A DNA stretch of 64,000 bases from the human T2T-CHM13v2.0 reference genome, Homo sapiens, in assembly GCF_009914755.1 (NCBI RefSeq), contig NC_060927.1; one strand, 5' to 3'. Below, piece by piece: positions 26,149-41,156 of the stretch. The notes under the pieces were generated by a model that did no database searches, was not told the origin of the DNA, and was given only the letters and a program-made list of their open reading frames with translations. Position numbers and translations under genes: made by a program. Each line of letters starts with the position of its first letter. The first letter of the stretch is position 1.

Positions 26149-27426
26149 AATGAGAGCTGTTAGAATGCTCTCATAAGGGGCTGGTATTGACTTTGGTAAG
26201 AAAACCAGAATTGCCTTGTCCTCTCCCATTGGTGCTTACAGAACCAATATTACCATGGTAAAAACAGTGCTGCATGTGAGCTAAGGACAGCAACCAAGGC
26301 CTCCATCACCCTTTTCCCCCAGGTTTATACCCAGTTGAGAGAGGATTACACTAAGAAAAAATGTCAGAGCAGGAGAGAGGATTTTCCAAAGAGATTTATT
26401 CCTGGGTCCCATTTCTTCTCTAATATCTGAAGTGACGTTAATAGTGACATTGGCTTAATGCCTATCATACAGCAGGCACCTTCAAAAAAGTCATCCCATT
26501 TAATCCTCACAACAACAAATCCTCACAACAATGCAGTGAGACAGATGAGACAATTGCACTTTTACAAACAGGAACTCTGAGGTCTGAGAAGCTAATAGAT
26601 ATCTCCCAGTGATAGGATTTGAACATAGACCTTCCTGGGTGTCTCCACTACTCTTAGAAGCCAGGTGCCCTTTTCAAACACCAGATAGAATACAATGGTC
26701 TAGGTAGAACGTCATGAAATGGGCATATGTATCCCCATTGCTATTACCAAATAGTGAAGGGAAAATGTGACTATCCAATACTGTTGTTATTAAAAGTATA
26801 TAATATAAAGCAATAAGCCTAAGTGGAAACTGCTGAATCTAAGCAAATAAGCTTCTACTGTGGTTCCCTTCCCATTAGGAGTTAGCAGGGGCCAAATATA
26901 TATCTACATTAACAGGAGAATCAGAAAAGGGCACAAAAGTTGCAGTAGAATCCACTTAAATGGCCTTCTAGGGAACTAGACAAGTAATTTTTGATGTAAC
27001 CATACTCAAAAAACAAAAGATGGTTCAACCATAGAAAGGAATAAAGTGCTGATACATACTATACATGGATAAACCTTAAAGACATTAAACTGAGTGAAAG
27101 AAACCAGACACAAAAGGCCATGTATTATATGATTACACTCATATGAAATGTCCACAATAGGCAGATCCGTAGAAACAGAAAGATGAGTTGTCACCGTGGA
27201 GTGGGAAGAAGGACACAATGAGTAGTAACTGCTATGATTATGGGTTTTGAGGGGTTTTTAATTTCTGAAAATGTTCTAGAATTAGATGATGGTGATAGTT
27301 ACACAATTTGTGAATACATTAAAAAACACTAAACTGAACATTTCAAATGGGTGCCTTTTATGCTATGTGAACCTCAATGAATGCACTAGAACTCCACATT
27401 ATCAACATGCAAAATTCTCAACAACA

Positions 27427-27875
<449 letters not shown>

Positions 27876-28520
27876 TTAGTATCTATAAACCATAAAGGAA
27901 ATATTCCAGCATTGGTACCCTGTTATTTAAACTTGTGTACCTTAGTTTCTCCTTTGTAAAATGGGTCTGATGCTTACCTCGCAGTGGTGTTATGAAGATT
28001 AAGCACTATACGTAAACTGTTTAGCATTGTGCCTGGCACAGAAAGAGGGAAAAACTAAGAAACAAATTAAAAGCACCCAAGTGTGTGTTAACTCCCACTG
28101 CCTACCACCCTCCCTTTTTTTTTTTTCCTTCTCTTTGGGAGAAAACCTGCTTCAAGGATTAATGACTTGTAACTGGTATATTACTTTATATAGAACGAGC
28201 AGGTACTTCCCAAGTACTTTAATGAAAGTTCTCAAACAGTTTAAATGTTCCCCTGAAATGTATTCATGTTATGGCAAACTCCTTGAGATATAATTACTTA
28301 AAGGTCAGTTGCCACCCAACCACAGCTTAAATTATTAACTTAAGGAGCAGTGGCCAAAATCATACTATCTCTTGTCCATGAGCGTATTTACTAACAAATT
28401 CCAAAATACTACCCTTACTTCAGCTGTAAAAACCTAACAAGAGCTAGTCTGCAGCTTCAAAGGCAGCCCAAAGTCTGTGCCTAAGCACCCCCAGTAGGCA
28501 AACCCAAGACCTGGACTTAC

Positions 28521-31397
28521 CTGAGTGGGACCTGTAATTCTGGTACAGCTGGTGGATCTTCTTGGGCTTCCGGACAGCACACTGCTTGTCTATGGTGTTT
28601 CTGCTGGCATAATGGAACAGAGAGCGCAGATCGCTGAAGCGGAAGGCCACGCCCTTCATGATGCTCTGGGCCGTGTCCCCCGTGAGGAACATAGAGTTGG
28701 GGTCATTGATGCATTTCATCAGCAGCGCCAGCTCGGCCTGGGTAAAGTCTTGAATCTCATCACCATAGAGCTCGTGGATGGACCATGGGAGCACCCTGAG
28801 CTTCGACAGCCTCCGGGATATGTTGTACAGAACATCCTCTTCATCAAAATAACCTTTCTGGGACCTGATTTGCTGATACAGACTGAAGAGGCTGTAGATC
28901 TCACTCCGGTCTTCCTTGAAATTGGGGCACCGTTTCCTCCCTAATTTCTTATATACTTCTTCAGTGAGTCTCCCATGGGGACAGCTGAGGGCCTCAAAAG
29001 AACCCTTTAGAAAAGATTTTATTTCTTTCCAAATCAGTGCAGGGTTGTAGGCAGTCCTCCCTTTGGTCATTTTGGGCCATATTTCATTTTTGAACACCTC
29101 AAACGTCACGTACACCCGGGGGTCACTGTCACCCGTACGCATTTCTACAGCTTTATCCTCCTCACTGTAGTCCCCATCCACCTCAGCCTCCTCTTCATCC
29201 TCTTGCCAACTAGGAATGGTTGACTCTTCCTGTGCAGACCATCCTATGATGGTTCTTTTCAAGCTTCCATCTTCGTTTCTCAGAAAAAATGGTTTGGGCA
29301 GAGAAGCATCAAGCAGAAGAAGCAGCTGCTTGGAAGTGACAAACAGAGGAAAGTTCTCGTCCCTCAGGTCCTGGAGTTTGTGAATGTTGGGGTCCAGTGG
29401 TTTGTAATGACTAGTGGCCTTGGTGGACTTGGAAAGCTCAATGAAATTCCTTTGTACCTCCTGGCACAGCACATGGTTCTTGGTCACAAAGATCTGATGT
29501 AAATGCTCCAGCTGGTGGGGATGTTCTGGTGCACATACTTCTGCAGCTTGGCCGTCCCCTGCTGGCTCCACACCGGCTCCTCCTGCGCAGGCTTCATACT
29601 CCTGCTCATCTATGCTTTCTACTGTTTCCACTTCAATAGAATCTTCCTCTTCCTCGTCCTCTTCCTCCTCCTCTTCCTCCCCACCTGGACTCTCTTTTCC
29701 GGGTTCCACTTCCAACCTTCTCTTCAGCCAGACCTGTTTGGCCAGCAATGGGCTTCCTGCCTGCTCAGCTTTTTCCCAGTAAACGTGGAATTTCTTCCAC
29801 AATCTGTACAAGCAGCAGGTTGTCTTCCCAGTGCCACTTCGCCCAATAAGGATGATGGGCTCCAGTGGCCTGGGATTGAGGTCGATCACCGCGTACTCAA
29901 GCTCACCCACCCGGAAGGGGTACTCCACTGTGGCTGTCGTGTCATTGAGGATGTTAAAGGCCATGTTGGTGCTGAAGCTGTGGAACTTCATGATGTTATA
30001 TTCTGTCTCCACTGCACTGGCTGGGGGAAAGTACTCAGGATTGACATGCTCCCTGCCCTTCTCGGCCTCTGTGTCCTCCACATAGCAGCGAGGTATACGC
30101 TTTTGAATTTTCATGTTAGCTGACACTTGGCCTTTATTGATACCTTTCAGCTTCTTCCGCAGGACACAGGACAAGCCCCGGTTGTAGGCATTGCAGATGG
30201 CCTTGATGGAATCAGCCAGTTTGCAGTGATCTAAGACGATGTCCCAAATCCGGATGATTTCCGTGTAGATCCGCCCTGATTTCTCCATTGCACACGTGTT
30301 CTGCTCCGTGGCAATGATCTTCTCAGGGTTCTCACTGCATCGAGGGGAGAAGTCAATGGCGAGCTCCCAGAGCATCCGGGCTCCTTTGTCCAGCTTAGCT
30401 TCGAAGAGCTGGATGCTTCCTTTCAGGTGCTTCAGTCGCTTCTGCAGGCCCTGGGTCCACTCGCCATTTCCCAGCTGCTGAATGGCAAGGATGATTTTCT
30501 TCTTGATGACCTTGGTCATTACCTTACTAGACAGCTTCTTCAGCATTTCTGAAGTGCACTCGATCTCCCAGGTCATGTTATCGAAGTCCTGGAGGCAGGC
30601 CTCAATCTCCTGCGTGCTCCAGTCATCCTGATCATCATTGCCCTCCTTCCCCCTGTTATCATCAGGCACAAGCTGCAAGGCCCCAAGGCCCACCTGAGCA
30701 TGTCCTTCCCCCACCTCACTACAGTCAGGGGCCCCTGCACCCAGAGTCGGCTTGTCATCTTTCTTTCCTTCTTTGCCAGCTCCTGCCTCCAGAGGCTCAG
30801 AGCTCTGAAGACAGTCCTCTGGGAAAGACGGATCCACTTCAACCTGCTGAATCAAAACTGTGATGTCCTGCATAAGGCAGTCTCTCAGCGAGCAGGGCCT
30901 GAGAGCTCCAGGCTCCTTCCTGGTCACCTGGGTACCTGGGAGAGTCTCCCAGCTGTCAGGGACTGCACTTCCTTCAGGCAGTGTTCTGGCAGTGGCACCA
31001 CATGGCACTGACTTGAATGAACCCTGGGACTTGAGCTGAGATGTGTGACCAGGGGCAGTGGACTTTGAGAGCTTCCCCAGGTGGGCAGCAGAGTCCTGCC
31101 GGCTCCTCCTCCTGTTCTCCATCAGAGCTTTGTTCCAGGCCAAGAGCAGAGAGTCGTTCTTCTTAATCCGGTGCCGTGCATCTTTGCCCTCTTTGTTCTT
31201 CAGATTGAAGTTGATGTCAAACTTCACCAGCAGGTCTAACAGCTTCTTCACGCGCTTTAGCATGCCCTTCTGGAAGAGGATGTGCATCAGCGTGTTCCCA
31301 TTGCTGTCCTGGACATTGGGGTTGAGGTAGTCGAATTCAGTGGGGTTGGACCAAAACAGATCCAACAGATGGCTGAGGAAGCTAAAACCAATGTCAG
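28521..31397 (-). CDS. TRANK1: TRANK1 giant coding exon (2877 nt, phase 1-1): last ankyrins, linker, RelE/ParE-like segment, SF1 helicase motifs I-IV
   Basis: tctttcag|CT GAC ATT...CAC TCA G|gtaagt; within the 1028-aa ORF; Walker A GRSGTGKT (29821-29844), Ia FVTKN, Walker B DEIQD (28747-28761), III TGDTAQSI, IV LYQNYRS. Confidence 0.97.
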
Positions 31398-31539
31398 CTG
31401 AAAGACACAAACAAAACCCTGTGAGCACTGAGCCACTCTTCTTAGGGGACAGCAGACCCTGGGGTTTGAGAGTGATGCCAGCCAGGGGCATCTCAGAATG
31501 CTGAACTCCCCCAAAAAATCTGAAATCCATTAAAGAGCT

Positions 31540-31725
31540 CAGTGGTTCTCAACCAATGGTGATTTACTCCCCAAGGGACATTTGGCAATGTATAGAGACA
31601 TTTTTTATTGTCACAGCTAGGGGAGTGTCACTGGCAGCTAGCAGGTGGAAGCCAGGGATGCTGCTAAATATCCTACAACGCACAGAACAGTGCCTTACAA
31701 CAAAGAACTACCCAGCCCAAATGTC
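31540..31725 (+). mobile_element. MER20-like DNA transposon relic
   Basis: cagtggttctcaacc...gggacatttggcaatg...gccagggatgctgctaaatatcctaca...cagcccaaatgtca. Confidence 0.75.
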
Positions 31726-32065
31726 ATGGTAGTTCCTGAAATGACCATACAAGATTCTAGCAAGATCCTTCATACGCAGACCCTTGAAAATGATATAAAT
31801 AAATGGAAAGTATTTTTCAGCTACCAACAGCCAACTCTGGAACTTTAGAATCCTCCATCAACCCTCCCTGACCACTCACCATGGTGGTCACTTCTTCCCA
31901 TTATGCTACAAGTGAGGGGCCAGGTGACACGGGCAGGCCTGGCCAAGAAATGGGCCTTTTTCAGATCACTGGTTTACACAAAAGGAAAGACCAGAAAACA
32001 TAGCATCAGTTCTAATATCCAGCTTCCTCCTCAAGGAGACGGCTGCTTAAAAAACAAGGGCTTAC

Positions 32066-32242
32066 CTTTAATCTCTAGAAAGATGTGGAGTGCTGCATGC
32101 AAAGGAGTATCACCTTCCGTGAGAGAAATAGCACGGGGGTCTGCGCCCTTGGTCAAGAGAAGGAAAGCCAACTCGAAGTCCTCATGTTTCAGGCACGTGA
32201 CAACTGGCCTCTCCTGGCTCTCCTGAAGACCATCAGGCAAGG
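32066..32242 (-). CDS. TRANK1: TRANK1 coding exon (177 nt, phase 1-1), ankyrin repeat
   Basis: ctctcccag|CC TTG CCT...ATT AAA G|gtaagc; AFLLLTKGADPRAISLTEGDTPLHAAL is a clear ankyrin motif. Confidence 0.92.
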
Positions 32243-32619
32243 CTGGGAGAGGAGAGAAGGGAAGCGCAATGTGAGCAGGCACAGCCTGGCTCGCCTGACG
32301 AGAGAAGGAATGCTTCAGTTATTCAGTTGCAAGGGAAGAGCTAATGTTTACCTAACTTCCAAGATCCTCCTACCAGCACCCATTCTGGGAGGCAAAGGCT
32401 TCTGCCAGTAGCCACAAAGTGAAAGCCCAGCTCCTTCAAGCACCCTGTCTGGGGGCCTCACCCCCGCCTCCTCTCCAGCTCCCCACCACAGGAGCATAGT
32501 TCCCACCATTCCCACTGTCCTGGCATGAGGACAGGGCATGAGAACTGAAACCCTAACACCCACCTAACATCATACCTGACACAGTCAGTGTGAGGACACT
32601 TTCTACATCCCTTGCTTCT

Positions 32620-32863
32620 TTTTTTTTTTTTTAATACTTTAAGTTCTGGGATACATGTGCAGAACGTGCAGGTTTGTTACATAGGTATACACGTGTCATG
32701 GTGGTTTGCTGCACCCATCAACCTGTCACCTACATTAGGTATTTCTCCTAATGCTATCCCTCCGCTAACCCCCCACCTCCTGACAGGCCCTGGTGTGTGA
32801 CGTGCCCTCCCTTTGTCCATGTGTTTTCATTGTTCAACAGCCACTTATGAGTGAGAACATGCC
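32620..32863 (-). mobile_element. 5'-truncated L1PA 3' end
   Basis: polyT then atactttaagttctgggatacatgtgcagaacgtgcagg; perfect 15-bp TSD acatcccttgcttct (32605-32619, 32864-32878). Confidence 0.93.
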
Positions 32864-33304
32864 ACATCCCTTGCTTCTACTGAGCTCCTATTCTCAACTG
32901 CCATCTTCCCTGACATCTCTCCACCCGAAATCACCTTCTTTTTAGTTCAGTCCACACAGCTCCTCTGCATCAAAGTTCCCCAACCTCCACCAGAAGGCAG
33001 ACCCACCCACTATAGATCTGCAGTCTCCTCCACACACTTCCAGCAGCTGCGCACTCACCTCTGTGGGCTTGGTTCCTAGCACCTGATCCTGAGATGTGCT
33101 CTATAAGTGCTTGCCGAATCAAGAAATAAAACAGGAATTCCATGACAGCTGTGGTTTCCAGGCAAAGAAAGTAACACTCCACTTAAGGAAGGAGTTTAAA
33201 AAAATAAATTATAGAAGCCACCCCACCTACCTCCTGAAAGCTGTGGATGGAGCCAACACCTAAAGGCTCTGCAAGGTGTGTGGCACTTTGAGGGCTAAGG
33301 ATCA

Positions 33305-33439
33305 ATGTGCTATTGATAACACACAATGTCTTGTGTGTTACTGTTATATCTTACATATTATGTGTTATTGATAACACACAATGTCTTGTGTGTCACTGTT
33401 ATATCTTACATATTATGTGTTATTGATAACACATAATGT
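33305..33439. repeat. 55-bp tandem repeat (~2.4 copies) built from palindromes
   Basis: tattgataacaca recurs at 33311, 33366 and 33421. Confidence 0.9.
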
Positions 33440-33974
33440 TTTTTCTCGTAAAAGACAATTCCTCATACAGCACGAAGCAAGCAGAGAACTACATAGCCAA
33501 GGTACTCTTCTAAAAGCCTGCACACATTAACTTATTTAATATCCAAAACAACCCTATAAAAGGGGGCCTATTTATTCCCATTTTACCAATGAGGAAATGA
33601 AGTCATAAATGGCATGTCCAATGCCACACAGTTAGTACTGGCATTAGTGGAGGTGTGAGGGACAGAGGTAGGAGGAGGTTGGTGTTTCTAAATCAGCTTG
33701 GAAATAAAAGCCAATTCAGCAAGATGTCTGCACACTCCAGACACACACCCAGCCACGCATGATAGTTCTCATTAAAGCAGCAGATGCTTCCACCCACCAA
33801 TTACTTGACCGTTTCTTTAAAAACAAGCATCTTGAATCCCAATCTGTTGATCAGAAAAGAATGTCACAGGAGTAGATAAGGATCCACACAGTATATCCAC
33901 TGCAAGTCAAAGTCTAGCCAGAGGTCAGGAGGAAATGACTGCTGTAGGCTAAACCAGAGCCAAGGACCCTTCAC

Positions 33975-34031
33975 ACACCTGATGTTTCCCATACAAAAGA
34001 GAACACCTGATGTTTCCCATACAAAAGAGAA
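33975..34031. repeat. Perfect 28-bp tandem duplication
   Basis: acacctgatgtttcccatacaaaagaga x2. Confidence 0.92.
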
Positions 34032-34253
34032 AGGTAGTAACTGGAATTCACAAAAATGCAGAGATCCTCAAGGGCAACTCACTCACAGGGCAGTAACCTC
34101 CATCACTGTTTCAAAACAAGAATATACAGGGTAGGCAATGAGGGTGAACTTCATGGTGCCTCCAAAAGCAAGGGAAAGGCAGGCAGTGGCCTGGACTCCA
34201 TCACGTGGAGAATGTGGACAAGTCTCCAACGCTTAGCATCCAGTCACTCTCAC

Positions 34254-34508
34254 CTCCACTGTCTATCAGGCAGCCCAGAAGCTGTTTCTTCCGCTGGTCC
34301 CAGGTGCTGAGATGGGGGATGATGGTACAGATGTCGAGGTCTGAGAAGTTGCAGTCTTTGATGAGGCAATCCCCAAGCGGTGGTTCTCCACTTACTTTGC
34401 GGGTCAGCAGCAGAAGCACCTCAGGCCATCTCTGTTTTTCCAATAAGAATTTGAAGACGGTGGTGGCACAGTCTTGATTAATATCACAGACCAGGTCAGG
34501 AGGAATTT
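34254..34508 (-). CDS. TRANK1: TRANK1 coding exon (255 nt, phase 1-1)
   Basis: tttttgaaag|AA ATT CCT...AGT GGA G|gtgaga; IPPDLVCDINQDCATTVFKFLLEKQRWPEV...LLGCLIDSG. Confidence 0.88.
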
Positions 34509-35006
34509 CTTTCAAAAATAAGAGTAAGACACATTCCAAAAATGTTCATATGATTTCTCTTCTTTCCCCAATCACAACCCAACATCCATATATAATTAAC
34601 ACGGATTATATAAACAAGTAGTTGATTATTTGGGCCATGTTGCTTAACCACTCATGAACATCAGTGTAATGACCTTGAGACTTCATGGGAAGATCAGAAA
34701 TACCCTATGAAGAGTACAGACCCTGGCCCAGGAGACAGAAGAATGATGACTGTGTCTTAACGCAGAATACTTGAATTCAGAGTATTCTGCTGAGATCAGA
34801 AGGGCAAAAGCCTGACTTAAATTTTGCATGATATTAAGAGTGTCCTTTCCTAATAAATACTGAAATACAGAGAGATACTACAGAACAATTAAAACGTCAA
34901 GAGCCATAAGGTAACCATGAGAGGATGGCTTATCCCTTAATTCTTGATTTTTTATCATGATAAATAAATGTTTCCATCTGATCTTTGATGTCTAAAGACA
35001 GGATAA

Positions 35007-35352
<346 letters not shown>

Positions 35353-35391
35353 AAGAGTAGAAAACATTTTAACAGATCTTCAGCAAGTAGA

Positions 35392-35578
35392 TGGTCAGAT
35401 TTAGCAAATAAAAACATAGGATGCCAATTAAATTTGAATTTTAGATGAACAACAAATAAATTTTTGTATAAGTATATATATGCAATATTTAGGGACATAT
35501 TTATACTAAAAAATTATTCATTGCTTATCTGAAATTTAAATTCAACAGGGAATTCTGTATTTTGTCTGGCAACCCTAC
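35392..35578. mobile_element. MER53-like palindromic MITE
   Basis: cagatttagcaaataaaaacatagg...ttaaatttgaattt ... tctgaaatttaaattcaac...tctggcaacccta inverted structure. Confidence 0.65.
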
Positions 35579-37666
35579 CACTAAGAAAGCAGGGAGGAAG
35601 AGCAGAAGGGGAGAAAAATCAAGGATTACCTAAATAAGAGCAACTTGATTTGCATTTGCTAGTTTCCGCTTCCCATCTTTTTCCAAGTTTTCTTAAAATG
35701 AATATTCATTTTAATATTTAAAATGTTCATTTTAAAATAAGAAGAAATTAAATATAGGCTAGTCTATCATCTTATTTTAATAGGAATCAGAATAAAAGTG
35801 TAAAAGGCAAACTATTTAAATCGGCATTTGCAATTTTTGTCCCCGGAATCTATTCACTCATCATCTGGTATCAGCCCTCTCCCACCTTCTGGCACTCTCT
35901 GTTGACATATGGATGAGATATGGTAGCATGTGATTTGGACCTAAGCCAATCAAGAATCTCCATCCTTCTGATCACATTCAGCTACAGAGGTATACATCAT
36001 GATCCAAAGTGAAGCCTAGGACATTTGTTCGAACCACTGAAAGAGAGAGACAGACGGGTCCACAAGTCCAGAAATGTGGGACAAGTCAGAGATTAGAGAC
36101 TTCAATGTCATCTCCACAGACAGTCTGAGATGGAAGCCAACTAGCAGAGAGCTCAGTTGAAAGATGGGAGACAATGGGTCATAGTGACATTGGTGAGCTC
36201 CCTGAAGCCAGCTGTACTTGAAGCCAGCCTGGCACTTTTATTAGGAGAGTCAAAAAAAGTCACTTTTTTGCCAATTTTTAGCCCATTCGAGTCTGTCATT
36301 TTCAATAGGAAGAGCTATAAATAGCCTACCCTACGGCCAGTTAAGGATACAAAGAGGAAAAAAAAAGGAAAAGTGAAGACAGAAAAAAGTTAAAAAGGTT
36401 GGGTGGTTTAGAGACCCACTCAGCTCTGGAAGACAGTTGAGGGAGAGACCTTCAAGAAAGGTACAAAGAGTAAGGAATAAGAGGAAAGGGGAAAGTAACC
36501 AAGCCAAAGTGAGAGAAAGAAGAACCCACACCAACACTCACAATACCCTACAGAGAAAAAAAGGAGGCACAGGAACACAGGCCATAAGACACAAAGGACA
36601 TTGGAAAAGCAGCATTCCCATCGAATGGGCTTTTATGAGATTTTTACCAAATACCATTAAATAAGGTTTTATTTTCACAACCCTAAGTAAAAATGAGGAC
36701 AGTCTTCATGGGCCACAGATCAAATGACATTAAGTCCAAAAACCAAAGGCTCCCTAGATGTGGTTTGTACAGAATATCTACATCTAATAGATCCCATACA
36801 AAATGGCCCCATCCTAGAGTGTGTGTAACAGGTATGCTGGTTATCTTTGACTCACTGATACCTAAGAAAGAAAGGCTGACAACCTAGCCTCATCGCAACC
36901 CATCCTAACAGCTAACGAGTACTAGCATTTTATGTGCAGGACATTAGACTAATTGTTCTATATTCATTATCTCACGAGGTTAGTTCCCTACCCAAGGCAA
37001 GGGGATGAAGAAACTGAAGCTTAAAGAGGTTAATTAATTGGCCTAAGGTCACAGATCTGGTATGTTGGAAACAAGACTTGAATGCTAAACTCCAAGCCTT
37101 AAATACTATCATCTGCTGCACACCCTGAGTATTTTAGGTTTCTCTGGCCATGCCTTCTTGCACTCTTTGTAAAATGGAGACATCCCAGCCTTATGAAGTG
37201 TCCATTTTAAAAATATTATATTTTACCTACTTAGAATTTCTAGAATCTTCCCAAATTATTTAAATTTTTGTCATCTAAAGTTCTTTTCAGGAAGTTTCCT
37301 GATTTCCCCATAATGAAAAGGAAGAACATTCAATTCTACAATAACTTTATACTCCAACATTAGCCAGTATCTACAGAAGAGAGAAATATCTATAGTATTT
37401 TTTAAATGACTGTATATGCAAAGAGTAATTCTAGAAGGACACATAACAAGCTAGTAACAGGTTGTTTCTGGGGATGGGATTTAGGGGTTGAAGTTCAGGG
37501 GTATGTAATGGATTTTACACCAAAGAATGCTCTGTGCTGTCTGAATGTTTTACATGTAGATACATTATTTTTATTTTTTAAAATTAATTTCTGAACAGAT
37601 ATTAGAAAAGAATTTTAATGAACATAAATCATTTTTAACATCATTGAACGTTGTGGAAAAAATTAC

Positions 37667-37828
37667 CTTGCAGAGTAGAAAGGAGACGCAAGAACCTCTG
37701 AACTACTTCCTGCTTCAGAAAGTTTTTATGCAATAACCGGTTTCCTGAGTTCATATACTTCACCAGCTGCTCCAAGACCTTCCTGAAAATGTCGTTTTCA
37801 CTAGTGGGTCCATCACCATTGCTGAATC
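37667..37828 (-). CDS. TRANK1: TRANK1 coding exon (162 nt, phase 1-1)
   Basis: tttgtag|GA TTC AGC...CTG CAA G|gtaatt; FSNGDGPTSENDIFRKVLEQLVKY...LSTLQ. Confidence 0.88.
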
Positions 37829-37874
37829 CTACAAAACAGCACCAGGTAATGCTTCTGAATACAGAAATTGCAGC

Positions 37875-38740
<866 letters not shown>

Positions 38741-38937
38741 ATTCAGGGAGTGACAGCAGAAAGATGGCTTAGCACGATGGCAACATCCAACTACATGTCA
38801 GCCACCCAAACTTTTATGTCTTATTTGCAAGTGGAAAAGGCCAAGTAAGGAGCCATCTCTCTGGCCAAGGAAGGGAAGGCAATATCTTTTTCATTCAAGT
38901 TATTTGATAAAGTAGTCATGATGAGAAAACACCCACT

Positions 38938-39513
<576 letters not shown>

Positions 39514-41156
39514 TTATTAGGTATCAAAAAGTATTGTTAATTAAAATGGAATCTTACTGAACAGATAAGAGAGCAGAACTGGACATTTATTTTCACACCA
39601 AGTGAAAAGAGCCTGGCCCAGAGTAGCACTATCATGGTTGTGAAGAAATGAATGAATGTTCAATGTCATGTTCTACCAGAGTGGGAATACTTTAAAAGAG
39701 ACAGCCTATTTGAAAACAGGAAAAAAATTAAAAGCATGCTTCAGTCAGGTTCCCTGGCAGCAGACACCAGATTTGTCCACAAGTAGTTTATTAAGGAGGA
39801 AGACCAGTAGGTGAGTGGGGGAAGCAGAGTAAGGGTGAGAGGGGAAGCCAAACCCAGGTATGCACTCAGGCAAAGTCCCACAGAGGGTGGTCTCAGCCTG
39901 ATCCCACAGGAAGGCTCTGGAGTGTGAGTCACACTTCAGAGTGGTCCCTGTGCAAGGCAAAGGAAATGAGCTTTCATATTCTCGCATCTATCAGTCACTA
40001 GCTGCAGGCTGCCTTTGGACAATATAAATTCCCAGACATTTCTGGTTTAAAAAGAAGCAAGAGCAAAACAGCCGCTATAAGTCCAAAGACACTCCCTTGA
40101 AAACAAGCCTTGGGTGCTGACTTTTCAAACTGCACACACACCAATGTCAGGGGGTACTCAGAAATGGTGAAAGGGATCCAGGGGAATCCAGACAGAGCTC
40201 TCCAACATCTGCCACCCCTTCTGACACACATCTAAATCACACTTCAATAAATCAAGCCAGAACACCAGAAACATACACACATCCACTTCCGGGGCAAACA
40301 CTCATTGCCCACTCTAATCAAGAGACGTTCAGGTGCCAGGCAGAAGGAAGATCCACTATAGCATCATCCTCCAGAGAACAGAAAATGATAATCATTTGGC
40401 AAAGAAAGACCCACATCACCCTGGCTGGAAGCTCACTGAGACTGAAATTATGTGTAGTAAAGCAATATCTGGCTAGCATCCCTGGACTTTCCCCTCCCAT
40501 CTTCATCCTAAAATACCTATGAAGACAAACAAAAAAGGATGAAAACTCACAGTACAAAAAAAAAAATAGGACCTTTGGTAAAAGAGAAACTTCCTTCACT
40601 ATCAAGCTGATGGAAACTTGCTGCTTGTCTGCCTGATAGAATCTTTGCAAAAACATCATTCTTCCCCCAGGAAAGTAAGTTTAGTAAAAAACTCACATGA
40701 AAATGAACAGAAACATACTAAGCTCAACAAAAGACACAATTAGATGCAGCTGCATAATAAATACATGATTACATGGTTCAGACTTGTTAAGAAGGCAGTT
40801 ATAGATGAGCGAAAGATTCAAACATCAGGAAAGAAATCAGAGAATGATACAGATGGAAAGTTGCTAAATACTGACAAATGGTATCCCTTGGCAGGAGGGC
40901 TGTGGGTGACTTGTTTACTTCACTGATCTTTTCTGATTTTGTTTCTAAATTTCCTATAAGCTTAAAGAGTCAAAAGAAACATCAGGAAACAAAGTTGCTT
41001 ATGCATTATAATCAAGAGTTTTTTAAAAGATGACTACGTAAGTACTGAACAACAAAAGACTGAATAAAAATGTGCTAACATGCAATTACAATAAATTTGC
41101 TTTTATATAAAACTATACTTTTACAAATTTTCAACAATGATCACATTTAGCAAATA

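Noticed and set aside
29503-30123. 206-aa plus-strand ORF and other antisense ORFs over the two giant exons
   Set aside because: Shadow ORFs opposite GC-rich coding sequence; no recognisable motifs or independent splice/poly(A) support
28444-31530. 1028-aa ORF as a stand-alone single-exon gene with its own ATG
   Set aside because: Strong acceptor at 31398 and donor at 28520 join in phase to neighbouring exons; the extensions are intronic read-through, and motifs V-VI lie in later exons
33305-34031. Palindromic and direct repeats as a CRISPR-like array
   Set aside because: Units are contiguous duplications without unique spacers; eukaryotic intron with no cas genes
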